DNA of 64,000 bases from a candidate division FCPU426 bacterium (GTDB lineage Bacteria > Oederibacteriota > Muellerivitia > Muellerivitales > Muellerivitaceae). The notes under the pieces are model-generated. The model ran no database searches. It was given only the letters and a program-made list of their open reading frames with translations, and was not told where the DNA came from. The first letter of the stretch is position 1, and each line of letters begins with the position of its first letter. Location of the stretch: positions 128,001-192,000 of the forward strand of contig CAWKAR010000039.1 in the NCBI GenBank assembly GCA_963847625.1. The letters run 5' to 3'. The position numbers were made by a program, and so were the translations under genes. Below are positions 9,246 to 17,799 of this stretch, one piece after another.

Positions 9246-9518
9246 ATGTTTGAAGAACACCCTCATTTTTCTACCCCTTCCGCAGGAGAATGTATATGGC
9301 GTTTTATGAGTTACACCAAGTTTTTAGCGTGCCTTAATAAAAATTCATTATTTTTTTCAAGATATGACAAGTTGGGTGATCCATTTGAAGGCGCTTATGC
9401 GCAAAAACAAGAAGAATTACGCCAATTTTATGAAGCTCAACGATTATCTGAAGCTCAACGAGGCAATTTAATTGTTACACCTGGAACGACTAAAGAAATT
9501 ATAAAAAAGATGAATTAG
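9246..9518 (+). pseudogene. Truncated DUF2971-like protein
   Basis: IWRFMSYTKF...LFF...DPFEG N-terminal motif. Only 90 aa, with the stop codon abutting the IS30 terminal repeat. Confidence 0.6.
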
Positions 9519-10571
9519 CCGAATTCACGGAGTAAGTGCAACACTTCGCCGGAAGACTTCCGCCGGAGTTTTAAAGCCCAAACATTTCCTGGGCCTGTTA
9601 TTGAGCCATCTTTCTATGGTCCTGAATTCTTTGAAGGACACTTTAGCAAGATCAGTCTTTTTAGGCAAATGGCGGCGGACAAGACCGATAGTATTTTCCA
9701 CCGTACCTTTTTCCCAACTGTGGAAAGGGGCGCAGAAAAAGGATTTTGTACCAAGCACGTGGTTGGTTTCCAAGTGGTTGGTGTTTTCGGTTCCGTTGTC
9801 ATAGGTCAGACTCAGGCGGGCGTCTTGAGGGAAGCGGCATAAAGCGCGGTTGAGGCTATGACTCATTTGGCGAGCGGTCTTTCGTTTGAGCTTTCCCAAC
9901 TTGGAAAAACGGCTTTGACGCTCGACGAGAGCCCGCATAGCAACTTTACTCTGACGAGAGACCATGGTGTCGGTTTCCCAATGGCCGAATTGCTTGCGTT
10001 GATTGGCGATCTCGGAGCGCTTATCGATGGAAACACGGCCTGGGATATGGTTTTTGGCGTGCTTACGGCTATGGCCAAATGAGAATCGTCGCCGGTGGTG
10101 TCGAACTAGGCAAGGAATCAGCTCAGTGGCTTCAGCATAAACCCACTGATAGATAGCTTCAGGACCAATGGTTTGCTTAGGCCGTAGGTGACCTAATCGA
10201 CCTGAAATGAGTTCTGGAGACCAGCCTCGTTTCAATTGACGACGGACGTAGGCACGAATTCGTTTTGTTTTCAGGCGTAAACGGCGTGCTCGTTGTTGGT
10301 TGCGGTCAACATACCGTTGATGGGCTCGATGAGAAAGATAATAACCAGAACGGATAGGGGGAGCATTGCGCTTGAGTTCCCTGGAGAGGGTGGAAGGAGA
10401 CCTCTTCAAGGCGCGTGAAATTGCTCGAAGGCTAAGACCCTTTCCTTTCAAGACGGATAAATGATCTCTTTCTTCAACGCTTAAATGCTTGTATTTCTTT
10501 TTCATAGCCGCATATCCTATTCATGCGGCCTTCTTCAGACACTAAGTGTTGCACTTACTTATGGAACTCGG
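9519..10571 (-). mobile_element. IS30-family insertion sequence (1053 bp)
   Basis: 28-bp imperfect TIRs: CCGAATTCACGGAGTAAGTGCAACACTT (9519-9546) and the reverse complement of 10544-10571. No target duplication visible. Confidence 0.93.
9525..10505 (-). CDS. IS30 transposase
   Basis: HTH (RSPSTLSRELKRN), WSPELISG, GHWETD, TYDNGTE, WEKGTVEN, LNNRPRKCLG. Confidence 0.97.
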   Translation of the reverse strand: MKKKYKHLSVEERDHLSVLKGKGLSLRAISRALKRSPSTLSRELKRNAPPIRSGYYLSHRAHQRYVDRNQQRARRLRLKTKRIRAYVRRQLKRGWSPELISGRLGHLRPKQTIGPEAIYQWVYAEATELIPCLVRHHRRRFSFGHSRKHAKNHIPGRVSIDKRSEIANQRKQFGHWETDTMVSRQSKVAMRALVERQSRFSKLGKLKRKTARQMSHSLNRALCRFPQDARLSLTYDNGTENTNHLETNHVLGTKSFFCAPFHSWEKGTVENTIGLVRRHLPKKTDLAKVSFKEFRTIERWLNNRPRKCLGFKTPAEVFRRSVALTP

Positions 10572-10594
10572 GGTTCTTATAAAGATAATCGGCA
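10572..10594 (-). repeat. Truncated copy (D) of the double-hairpin element, cut by IS30
   Basis: Reverse complement CTGTCATTGTGCCGATTATCTTTATA matches copy A (TTGTCATTGTGCCGATTGTCTTCATA). Confidence 0.75.
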
Positions 10595-10634
10595 CAATGA
10601 CAGTTATTAAATTTGTGCTTAAAGGTGGGGTGAC

Positions 10635-13600
10635 ATGACACGAACGAACAAGGTGTTAAATCTTTGCGTGGGAATTTTACTGGCCTGTTCTGTATTAGGA
10701 ACGGCTTCGGCCCATACCCATGGCGTGGTCACGGCGGTGGAGGTGGCTGAGGCGCCGGTTATTGACGCGAGCCTGACCGGATGGAAGGCCCCCTTCGTCC
10801 ATGTCTCGTCCCAAACGCCCGCATGGTTCATGGGCAAATCCCGGATTTACGGAAAAGCCGCCAAGTCCCCGGAGGACATCGAAGCCTGGTATTCGCTGGC
10901 TTGGAAAGGCGACAAGTTATTCTTTGCGGCCATCGTTTTGGACGATGTCATCGTCAAGAACACCAGTCCGGACCTGGGCCAGGCCTGGAACTCGGACTCC
11001 GTGGAGGTTTATTTTTCCTTCAACCATGACTCCCCCTTCTTCACCGAGAGCCGCACGCCCCCCTACCGGGCGGGCGATTTCCAATTGCGCTTCATCCCTT
11101 TCGAGGGGCAGGACGGCGTTTATGGCGGGGCCTACCTGGGGAACAACGCGTCGGGCATCGATAACGACAAGTTCCAGGCGGGGGTGAAATCCGTTTCCAA
11201 ACCCTACACCTTCGGGAAGCGATCCGGCTACGTGATCGAGGCGTCCATCGACACGGCGGCCCTGGGTTTTTCGAACCTCCTTCAAGCGGGAAAGGTCCTG
11301 GGATTCGAGTTCGCGGTCAATGACGCCGATTCGAAAGAGGGGCGGGACCGGATGCTCACCTGGTCCTCCTTTGAAAACCGCGCGTACAAGGACCCCTCCT
11401 GCTTCGGGGACCTGGTGCTGGCCGGCCCGACCGGGGCCTTTGTCCCGGCCGCGGGCAGTGAATCCACCGACAAGGAAGGCTATTATCTGGTTCCGGGGGA
11501 TGTTGTTTCCCAAACCCCCGAAGAAGCCCTGCAAAACCCGCCTGGGGACGAGTCGCCGGGACGGGTGGTTTACACCAACAATCCCCCCGCGGGAGCCAAG
11601 AATATTTCCGGAATGTTCGACCCAAGCCCCTTCCGGCCGATCAGCGGGCCCGAGATCCGTTACTGCCAGGTGGGTTACCTGCCTAACGGAAAAAAGACGG
11701 CTTACCTGGAGGTGCCTTGCGGGGACAAGCCCCCGGCCTGGACTTTCTCCCTTTCCCAAGGCGGCAAGGAGGTTTACTCGGGACCCCTCCGGAAGTGGGG
11801 AACCCTCTGGCGCAGGGATTATTACCTTTTGTATTTCAACGATTTCACTGGAACGGGCAAGGGTTTCACCCTGAGCGTGGGCGATGTCAAAACGGACTCG
11901 TTCCCCATCACGACCGGCGTTTACGACGCCACGGTGACGATGGCCCTCAATGGCGTGTTCGTGGCGGAAAAGTGCGGGATGGACGCGGCGACTTTCCACG
12001 GACCCTGCCACCTGGACGACGCGGTCCAGGCCGGGCCGGATGATGTCCGGTCGGGCCAGACGATCCTGCAGTTCCCGCCGGTCTTCAAGCCCGGCACCCG
12101 GGTGGACGTCTCGGGCGGCTGGCACGACGCGGGCGATTTCGGGAAATACATGGGTAACGCCCCGCTGGGCCTGGCGGGATTCCTTTTGGTGGAGGACCAG
12201 TTCCATTCGCGGATGGAGCCGGACCTGGACGGGAAGGACGCCATGGTGCACGAGGCCGAGTACACCGCGGATTGGTGCATGAAGATGCAGGACAAGGACG
12301 GGGGCGTCTTCGAGAGGGTCTGGAACGGTTTCGATTACAAGGGCACGGTGGAGTCGGAGAAGGACAGGCTCCTGGACTCGGACAAGTGGGCCAACGTGAC
12401 GGCCCGGTGGGCGGCGGCGGCCGCCCTGGGGGCACAGGTTTTGAAAGGCCCGGACCCGGACTACGCGTCCAAACTCGCGGAGAGCGCCCAGAAGGCCTGG
12501 GAGTACGTCGAGAAATGCCCCGCCCAGCCGGAACAGCCCTGGGCCTTCGGGGTTTATCCCGGCAACGATTCCTGCTTCTTTTGGGCGGCGGTGGAGCTCT
12601 ACCGCCTGACCCTGGTGGACAAGTACCTCCAGGAGGCCCTCAAGCGCCTGCCCGCCATGCTGCAGATGAAGCCCGCTTTTATGGCTTGGAGCGGGAACAA
12701 CACCATCGCCCTGATCCGGTTTTACCCGGTGATGCCCGACGGCCCGGACAAGGACAGCGTCCGGGACTGGCTGGTGAACCGGATGAAACAATTGGACAAG
12801 GGAGAGACGAAAACCCCCTTCGGCGTGGATTACTTCTCGCAGACCGGCTGGGGCGACAGCGGCGACCTGGTATCCAGGGCCATGGAGCGCTACCTCATCA
12901 AGAAGATCCTGCCCGATAGCGGGGGCGCGGACTCGGTGGAGTGCTACCGGCAATGGATCTACGGGGCCAACCCCTCGGGCTATTGTTTCGTGGTGGGGCG
13001 GGGTTCCAAGCAGGTCCAACACCAGGCCACGGGCCTGAAGAAGAACATGCCTGGGGCCATGGTGCCTGGCATCATCGACGACGGCGCGGGACTGCCTTTC
13101 TACATCGACCTGGATTCATCCTATCTCACCAACGAGGCCGGGCCGGACCCCTCGGTGGTTTTCCTTTCCTATATGGACACCCCCTGGAACAAGGCCCTGA
13201 CCCTCCAGGACGCGGCCGAGATGAAAAAAGAAGCCGCCCTGGCCCTGGCCAAGCCGTCCCGTCCCGACACTTCGCTGATAGCTGATTTCAGCAACGTTTC
13301 GGCTGATTCCATCTGGTCCGGCGGCGGCGGCGCCGGAAAGCTGGACAAGTCCATCGTGGAGACCGCCCCCGGCGGGGGCAAGGCTTTCCGCGGGGACTTC
13401 ACCGTCGGGGAATGGTGCACCTCGGTCGTGCCGGCGGGTGGGGACCTGTCCTCCTTCACCGGGATGACTTTCCAGCTCCGGGGCAACGGCTGCCGCCTGC
13501 GGGTGGCCATCGACGACGCCAACGCCGAGGACTGGGGCACGGAAGTGACCGCCACTACCGATTGGAAGCCCGTCACCATCTATTTCACCGACCTGGTCCA

Positions 13601-14183
13601 GCCGCCTTGGACGGTCGCGAAGGATAAATTGCCCCTCGACTTGAAGGGCACCCAGAAATTCAAGGTCCAGCCGCTCAGCCCGAACGAGGGGTGGTTTGAG
13701 GTCTCCAATGTCCGCAAGGTTTCTATGCCCCCCCCGGCGGGAAAGGCCGCGGGGTTGCTGAAATTGTCCGCGGGGGACTCCCTTTGGAGCACCGGGGACG
13801 GCGGGTTCAAGCTGGATAAGTCGATCGACTCGAACCAGCTTCTCCACGTCAATTTCACCCTGGGCAAGTGGTGCATGACGGGAGCCTCGGGGAACTACGC
13901 GTCGGCGCATTTGCAGGGCTTCAAGTTCAAGGCCAAGGGGGCGGGGGTGAACCTGAGGGTCGCGGTGCAAGACTACAAGAGCCACGACTTCGGGAAATCC
14001 ATCACCCTCACGGGCAACCTGGCGGAGTACACGGTGCTTTTCACCGAGTTGCAACGGGCTTCCTGGGAGACCGCGGACAAGGACGCCGCCCTGGATACCA
14101 CGGCCCTGACCCAATTCAAGATCCAGCCCATGGCTCCTGCCGAAGGGGAGTTTTGGATTTCGGACTTCGAGTGGGTGAAGTAA
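10635..14183 (+). CDS. Secreted multimodular GH9 endoglucanase (CBM9-like, Ig, GH9, two CBM11/CIA30-like modules)
   Basis: Signal peptide; DSVEVY/GYVIEA/VNDAD CBM9-like motifs; QVGY; GGWHDAGD; YLTNE; two similar C-terminal modules. Confidence 0.9.
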   Translation: MTRTNKVLNLCVGILLACSVLGTASAHTHGVVTAVEVAEAPVIDASLTGWKAPFVHVSSQTPAWFMGKSRIYGKAAKSPEDIEAWYSLAWKGDKLFFAAIVLDDVIVKNTSPDLGQAWNSDSVEVYFSFNHDSPFFTESRTPPYRAGDFQLRFIPFEGQDGVYGGAYLGNNASGIDNDKFQAGVKSVSKPYTFGKRSGYVIEASIDTAALGFSNLLQAGKVLGFEFAVNDADSKEGRDRMLTWSSFENRAYKDPSCFGDLVLAGPTGAFVPAAGSESTDKEGYYLVPGDVVSQTPEEALQNPPGDESPGRVVYTNNPPAGAKNISGMFDPSPFRPISGPEIRYCQVGYLPNGKKTAYLEVPCGDKPPAWTFSLSQGGKEVYSGPLRKWGTLWRRDYYLLYFNDFTGTGKGFTLSVGDVKTDSFPITTGVYDATVTMALNGVFVAEKCGMDAATFHGPCHLDDAVQAGPDDVRSGQTILQFPPVFKPGTRVDVSGGWHDAGDFGKYMGNAPLGLAGFLLVEDQFHSRMEPDLDGKDAMVHEAEYTADWCMKMQDKDGGVFERVWNGFDYKGTVESEKDRLLDSDKWANVTARWAAAAALGAQVLKGPDPDYASKLAESAQKAWEYVEKCPAQPEQPWAFGVYPGNDSCFFWAAVELYRLTLVDKYLQEALKRLPAMLQMKPAFMAWSGNNTIALIRFYPVMPDGPDKDSVRDWLVNRMKQLDKGETKTPFGVDYFSQTGWGDSGDLVSRAMERYLIKKILPDSGGADSVECYRQWIYGANPSGYCFVVGRGSKQVQHQATGLKKNMPGAMVPGIIDDGAGLPFYIDLDSSYLTNEAGPDPSVVFLSYMDTPWNKALTLQDAAEMKKEAALALAKPSRPDTSLIADFSNVSADSIWSGGGGAGKLDKSIVETAPGGGKAFRGDFTVGEWCTSVVPAGGDLSSFTGMTFQLRGNGCRLRVAIDDANAEDWGTEVTATTDWKPVTIYFTDLVQPPWTVAKDKLPLDLKGTQKFKVQPLSPNEGWFEVSNVRKVSMPPPAGKAAGLLKLSAGDSLWSTGDGGFKLDKSIDSNQLLHVNFTLGKWCMTGASGNYASAHLQGFKFKAKGAGVNLRVAVQDYKSHDFGKSITLTGNLAEYTVLFTELQRASWETADKDAALDTTALTQFKIQPMAPAEGEFWISDFEWVK

Positions 14184-14205
14184 CATCGAATAAAATATTT
14201 TATGT

Positions 14206-14493
14206 TGTCATTGTGCCGATTGTCTTCATAGACCGTATTTGGAAATCGGTACCATACCGACCTCTTTAAATGCTTTATGGAAGGTCGGCATGCGACAAAT
14301 GACCGCCGAATAGGCGGTCGATAATGAGAGGCTTGAAGTAGTTGACCTGAAATTCAGGCCAACCATACTTGGCCCAAAGGGCCAATGTACAACCCAAGTT
14401 TAAATAAGCTTTTTAAGAGATTTAATTCGAACGACGAACTTAGGTCGCCACGTCGGCAACCGCCCCGATTGGGGCGCCTCCTCGCGATGACAG
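14206..14493. repeat. GTCATTGCGA...TCGCGATGAC palindromic intergenic repeat (RPE-like), interrupted by copy A
   Basis: Right arm reads CTGTCATCGCGAGGAG...CGACGTGGCGACCT on the minus strand. The left arm TGTCATTGCGA appears only after removing copy A. Confidence 0.7.
14214..14290 (+). repeat. Double-hairpin miniature element, copy A
   Basis: TGCCGAT..ATCGGTA hairpin followed by TACCGACC..GGTCGGCA hairpin. Confidence 0.85.
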
Positions 14494-14519
14494 CTTTATT
14501 TCTGTTCTTGGGAGTTATT

Positions 14520-15689
14520 TTGAAAAAATCCATGGAACTCATTTACGCCCGGGCCTTCCAGGGCGCCCCGGAGGTATTTTCCTGGGCGCCGGGGCGGGTG
14601 AACCTCATCGGGGAACACACCGACTATAACGACGGTTTCGTCCTGCCCATGGCGGTGGATAAGGGGGTCGCCCTCCTGGGAGCGGCGCGGCAGGACCGGA
14701 ACGTCCGCCTGCATTCCGCCGATTACAACCACGTGGTGGAATTTTCACTCGACCATTTGGCAACCGACCCGCAGAACCCCTGGGTCAACTATTTCAAGGG
14801 CGTGGCGGACCAGTTCCAGAAGAAGGGCCTGAAACTCAAGGGCTGCCAGGCGGTCCTGAAGGGAGACCTCCCCCAGGGGGCGGGCTTGAGCTCCTCGGCC
14901 GCCTTGGAAATCGCCTCCGCGGTGTTTTTACAAAAGACCTCCGGTTTCGAACTGCCGGACCTGGACCTGGTCAAGGCCGCCCAGTCGGCGGAAAACCAGT
15001 TCGTCGAGGTCAACTGCGGCATCATGGACCAGTACGCTTCCTACCTGTCCAAGGCGGGACATGCGCTGTTGATCGACTGCAAGAGCCTGAAATGCGGGTG
15101 GGTTCCCATGAAAGGGCCGGTGAAGGTGGTGGTTTGCGACACTCGGGTCAAGCGCACCCTGGCCAACTCGGCCTATAACGACCGGAGGAAGGAATGCGAA
15201 AGGGGATTGCGCGCGCTGAACGCCAGGCTCCCGGCGGTGCAATCCCTGAGGCACCTTACCCTGGAGGACCTGAAGAAACACCAGGGCCTCCTGGACCCGG
15301 TGGCCCTCAAGCGCGTCCGGCACGTGGTGACGGAGAACCAAAGGGTCCTGGACGCGGTGGCCGCACTGGAGAAAGGGGATTACCAGGCCATGGGCCGGCT
15401 GATGGTCGAGTCGCACGAATCCCTCAAGAACGATTACGAGGTGAGCTGCCGGGAACTGGATGTGATGGTGCGGATCGCCAGGAACAACCCGCAGGTGTAC
15501 GGGGGCCGCATGACCGGGGCCGGGTTCGGGGGCTGCACCGTGAACCTGGTGCGGGAGGAAGCCGTGGCGGGGTTCCGCCGCGAGATCCTGGACGGCTACA
15601 AGCGGGAAACGGGCCGGGACGCGGAAGTCTACGTGTTCACTCCCGCCGACGGGGCGAAAAACGCGGTGGAAGAACGCAAGGAAGTTTGA
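14520..15689 (+). CDS. galK: Galactokinase
   Basis: PGRVNLIGEHTDYNDG, GAGLSSSAA, CGIMDQ, RMTGAGFGG. TTG start after GGAG (alternative ATG 14532). Confidence 0.95.
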   Translation: MKKSMELIYARAFQGAPEVFSWAPGRVNLIGEHTDYNDGFVLPMAVDKGVALLGAARQDRNVRLHSADYNHVVEFSLDHLATDPQNPWVNYFKGVADQFQKKGLKLKGCQAVLKGDLPQGAGLSSSAALEIASAVFLQKTSGFELPDLDLVKAAQSAENQFVEVNCGIMDQYASYLSKAGHALLIDCKSLKCGWVPMKGPVKVVVCDTRVKRTLANSAYNDRRKECERGLRALNARLPAVQSLRHLTLEDLKKHQGLLDPVALKRVRHVVTENQRVLDAVAALEKGDYQAMGRLMVESHESLKNDYEVSCRELDVMVRIARNNPQVYGGRMTGAGFGGCTVNLVREEAVAGFRREILDGYKRETGRDAEVYVFTPADGAKNAVEERKEV

Positions 15690-15755
15690 GGGAATGTTAG
15701 GTAGGTGTTCTAAACATAGTCTACTTGGCTATAATGGGACAAAATATGACCAGTT

Positions 15756-16058
15756 ATGGAGTTTCAAGTGGGAACGGATGAAATCCTTAAATCAAAGCGA
15801 AACGAGATTTTAAGCTTGGCCGCCCGTTACGGGGTCAAGAACCTGCGGGTATTCGGTTCAGTGGCTCGTGGGGAGGCTGGGCCGGACAGTGACGTGGACT
15901 TCCTTGTGGATATGGAATCGGGCCGAAGCTACTTGGATATTGGCGGATTTTTAATGGATATGCAATCACTGTTAGGCCGTAAAGTGGATATTGTCACGGA
16001 ACGGGGTTTGCACCCTTATTTGCGCGAGAGGGTTTTGAAAGAATGCCAAACGGTATGA
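15756..16058 (+). CDS. Minimal nucleotidyltransferase antitoxin (MntA-like)
   Basis: FGSVARGEAGPDSDVD motif. Confidence 0.92.
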   Translation: MEFQVGTDEILKSKRNEILSLAARYGVKNLRVFGSVARGEAGPDSDVDFLVDMESGRSYLDIGGFLMDMQSLLGRKVDIVTERGLHPYLRERVLKECQTV

Positions 16059-16363
16059 AAGATGACACGATTTATTTAATCCATATCCGGGAATGCATCG
16101 CGAAGATTGAGGGATATATTAAGGGCGGCCATCAAGAGTTCCTATCAAACCAAATGGTTCAAGACGCGGTTCTTCGCAATCTTCAAGTCATGGCTGAATC
16201 CTGCCAACATTTATCCGAGAAATTAAAATCCGATCATCCTAAAATTGACTGGAATGGGTTGTCGGGTTTTAGGAACGTATTAGTCCATGACTATTTGGGA
16301 GTTGACCTTGAACGCGTATGGCTTCTCCTGGAAAAACACCTTTCGGGATTAAAAAAAATATGA
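16055..16363 (+). CDS. HepT-like (DUF86) HEPN toxin
   Basis: QDAVLRNL...IDW...FRNVLVHDY; ATGA overlaps at both ends. Confidence 0.9.
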   Translation: MKDDTIYLIHIRECIAKIEGYIKGGHQEFLSNQMVQDAVLRNLQVMAESCQHLSEKLKSDHPKIDWNGLSGFRNVLVHDYLGVDLERVWLLLEKHLSGLKKI

Positions 16364-17265
16364 AACCCAGCTTGTTGGTCATGGCCGCGGGTATGGGAAG
16401 CCGCTACGGCGGCTTGAAGCAACTGGAGTCCGTGGGCCCCAACGGGGCCACGCTCCTGGATTACTCCATCCATGACGCGCTCAAGGCCGGCTTCGGCCGG
16501 GTGGTTTACATCATCCGCAAGGACCTGGAGAAGGACTTCCGCAAGATCGTGGGTTCCAAGTGGGAAAAAACCGTCCCGGTGGACTACGTATTCCAGGAAC
16601 TCTCCCTCCTTCCACCGGGCTTCAAGGTCCCTCCCGGGCGTTCCAAGCCCTGGGGCACGGGCCACGCCATCTGGACCGCCAAGGACGCCCTGAAGGAGCC
16701 CTTCGCCGCACTGAACGCCGACGATTATTACGGCCCCAAATCCTTAAAGATGCTAGCGGATTTCCTATCCACCCTATCCGATTCCCGCGAAAATCAATTT
16801 GCCATGGTAGGTTTCCGGCTGAACCAGACCCTCTCGGAATTCGGACCGGTGGCGAGGGGGGTCTGCGAAGTGAGTCCCGACGGCTATTTGAAACGGGTGG
16901 TGGAGCGCCTCAAGATCCAAAGGGAAGGGCAGGGCATCCGATACCTGGAGGAAAACGGGACACCGGGCCCGCTTCAGGGAACGGAAACCGTCTCGATGAA
17001 CCTCTGGGGATTCACCCCGGCTTTGTTCCTCTCCCTGGAAAAAGGCCTGACCGCCTTTCTATTGGTAAGGGGCGGGGAGGAAAAATCCGAGTACCTCATC
17101 CCCCGGGAGGTGGACTCCCTCCTGCAATCGGGCCAGGCCCGAGTGAAGGTGCTTCCCACGGAGGATCCCTGGTTCGGCATGACTTATCCCGAGGACCTTT
17201 CCGCAGTCAAGAACAGGATCAAGAACATGGTGGCCCAAGGGGTCTATCCGGAAAAACTTTGGTAA
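16360..17265 (+). CDS. Sugar-phosphate nucleotidyltransferase
   Basis: MAAGMGSRYGGLKQ, KPWGTGHA, NADDYYG. Confidence 0.9.
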   Translation: MKPSLLVMAAGMGSRYGGLKQLESVGPNGATLLDYSIHDALKAGFGRVVYIIRKDLEKDFRKIVGSKWEKTVPVDYVFQELSLLPPGFKVPPGRSKPWGTGHAIWTAKDALKEPFAALNADDYYGPKSLKMLADFLSTLSDSRENQFAMVGFRLNQTLSEFGPVARGVCEVSPDGYLKRVVERLKIQREGQGIRYLEENGTPGPLQGTETVSMNLWGFTPALFLSLEKGLTAFLLVRGGEEKSEYLIPREVDSLLQSGQARVKVLPTEDPWFGMTYPEDLSAVKNRIKNMVAQGVYPEKLW

Positions 17266-17342
17266 AGCGCGGCCCCATCCCTCAAAATTTCCTGGCCGCT
17301 TTCAAAACTTCTATCTAGACACATCCCTACAAAAATAATACC

Positions 17343-17514
17343 TAGCCACGGATGTGCCGATCATCTAAAAAAATATAAGAGAGATCGGTACGATACCAGC
17401 CTCCATATCAGCTTTATGGAAGGCTGGCATGCATGGGATATATGGGATGTAAAAACACAAGTTTAAGGTTTTTTTCTATAGTCTATCCAAGTGCATCCCC
17501 TGAATCCGTGGCTA
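17343..17514. repeat. TAGCCACGGAT...ATCCGTGGCTA inverted-repeat element, interrupted by copy B
   Basis: Perfect 11-bp terminal IR, extending to 18/20 once copy B is removed. Confidence 0.8.
17355..17429 (+). repeat. Double-hairpin miniature element, copy B
   Basis: TGCCGATC..GATCGGTA plus TACCAGCC..GGCTGGCA. Confidence 0.85.
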
Positions 17515-17799
17515 AGAACTTGGTTTTGCTTAACGTCTAATAGACTTAGGATTTTCTGATTTTATTTATCTTTGTTTCTTGGTTTTGTTTTATTTGGACA
17601 ACTATGATCTAAGCATGAAAGCCCTACCAATCCCGAGAATGGTCGGAAAAGCGGTTTCAGTTTTTTGAAACAAACTGGAAACTTTCTTGGAGGTTTCAAA
17701 AATTCATCACGTAAAATAAAAATTTCATGTGCTTGGAATTGCGCGAGGCTGTAAAGTATGGGGCAGTTTCGCCATTTAAACACTTTGGAAAAGGTCATC

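Larger units (their letters stand above)
98..9518. mobile_element. AT-rich integrative genomic island with defence cargo, right end truncated at IS30
   Basis: tRNA remnant plus serine integrase at the left end, visibly lower GC than the downstream region, RM/TA/HEPN cargo, last ORF ends at the IS30 boundary. Confidence 0.8.

Noticed and set aside
10917..13022. 701-aa antisense ORF and similar long shadow ORFs (e.g. 13116-14186, 38548-39828)
   Set aside because: Antisense to well-supported genes; expected from high-GC3 codon bias; no motifs.
14214..14290. Integron attC sites or simple terminators
   Set aside because: No RYYYAAC/GTTRRRY boxes, no integron integrase, no U-tract, and orientation is independent of flanking genes.
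14385..14519. N-terminal extension of GalK
   Set aside because: It translates the palindromic repeat; an RBS supports the start at 14520 or 14532.
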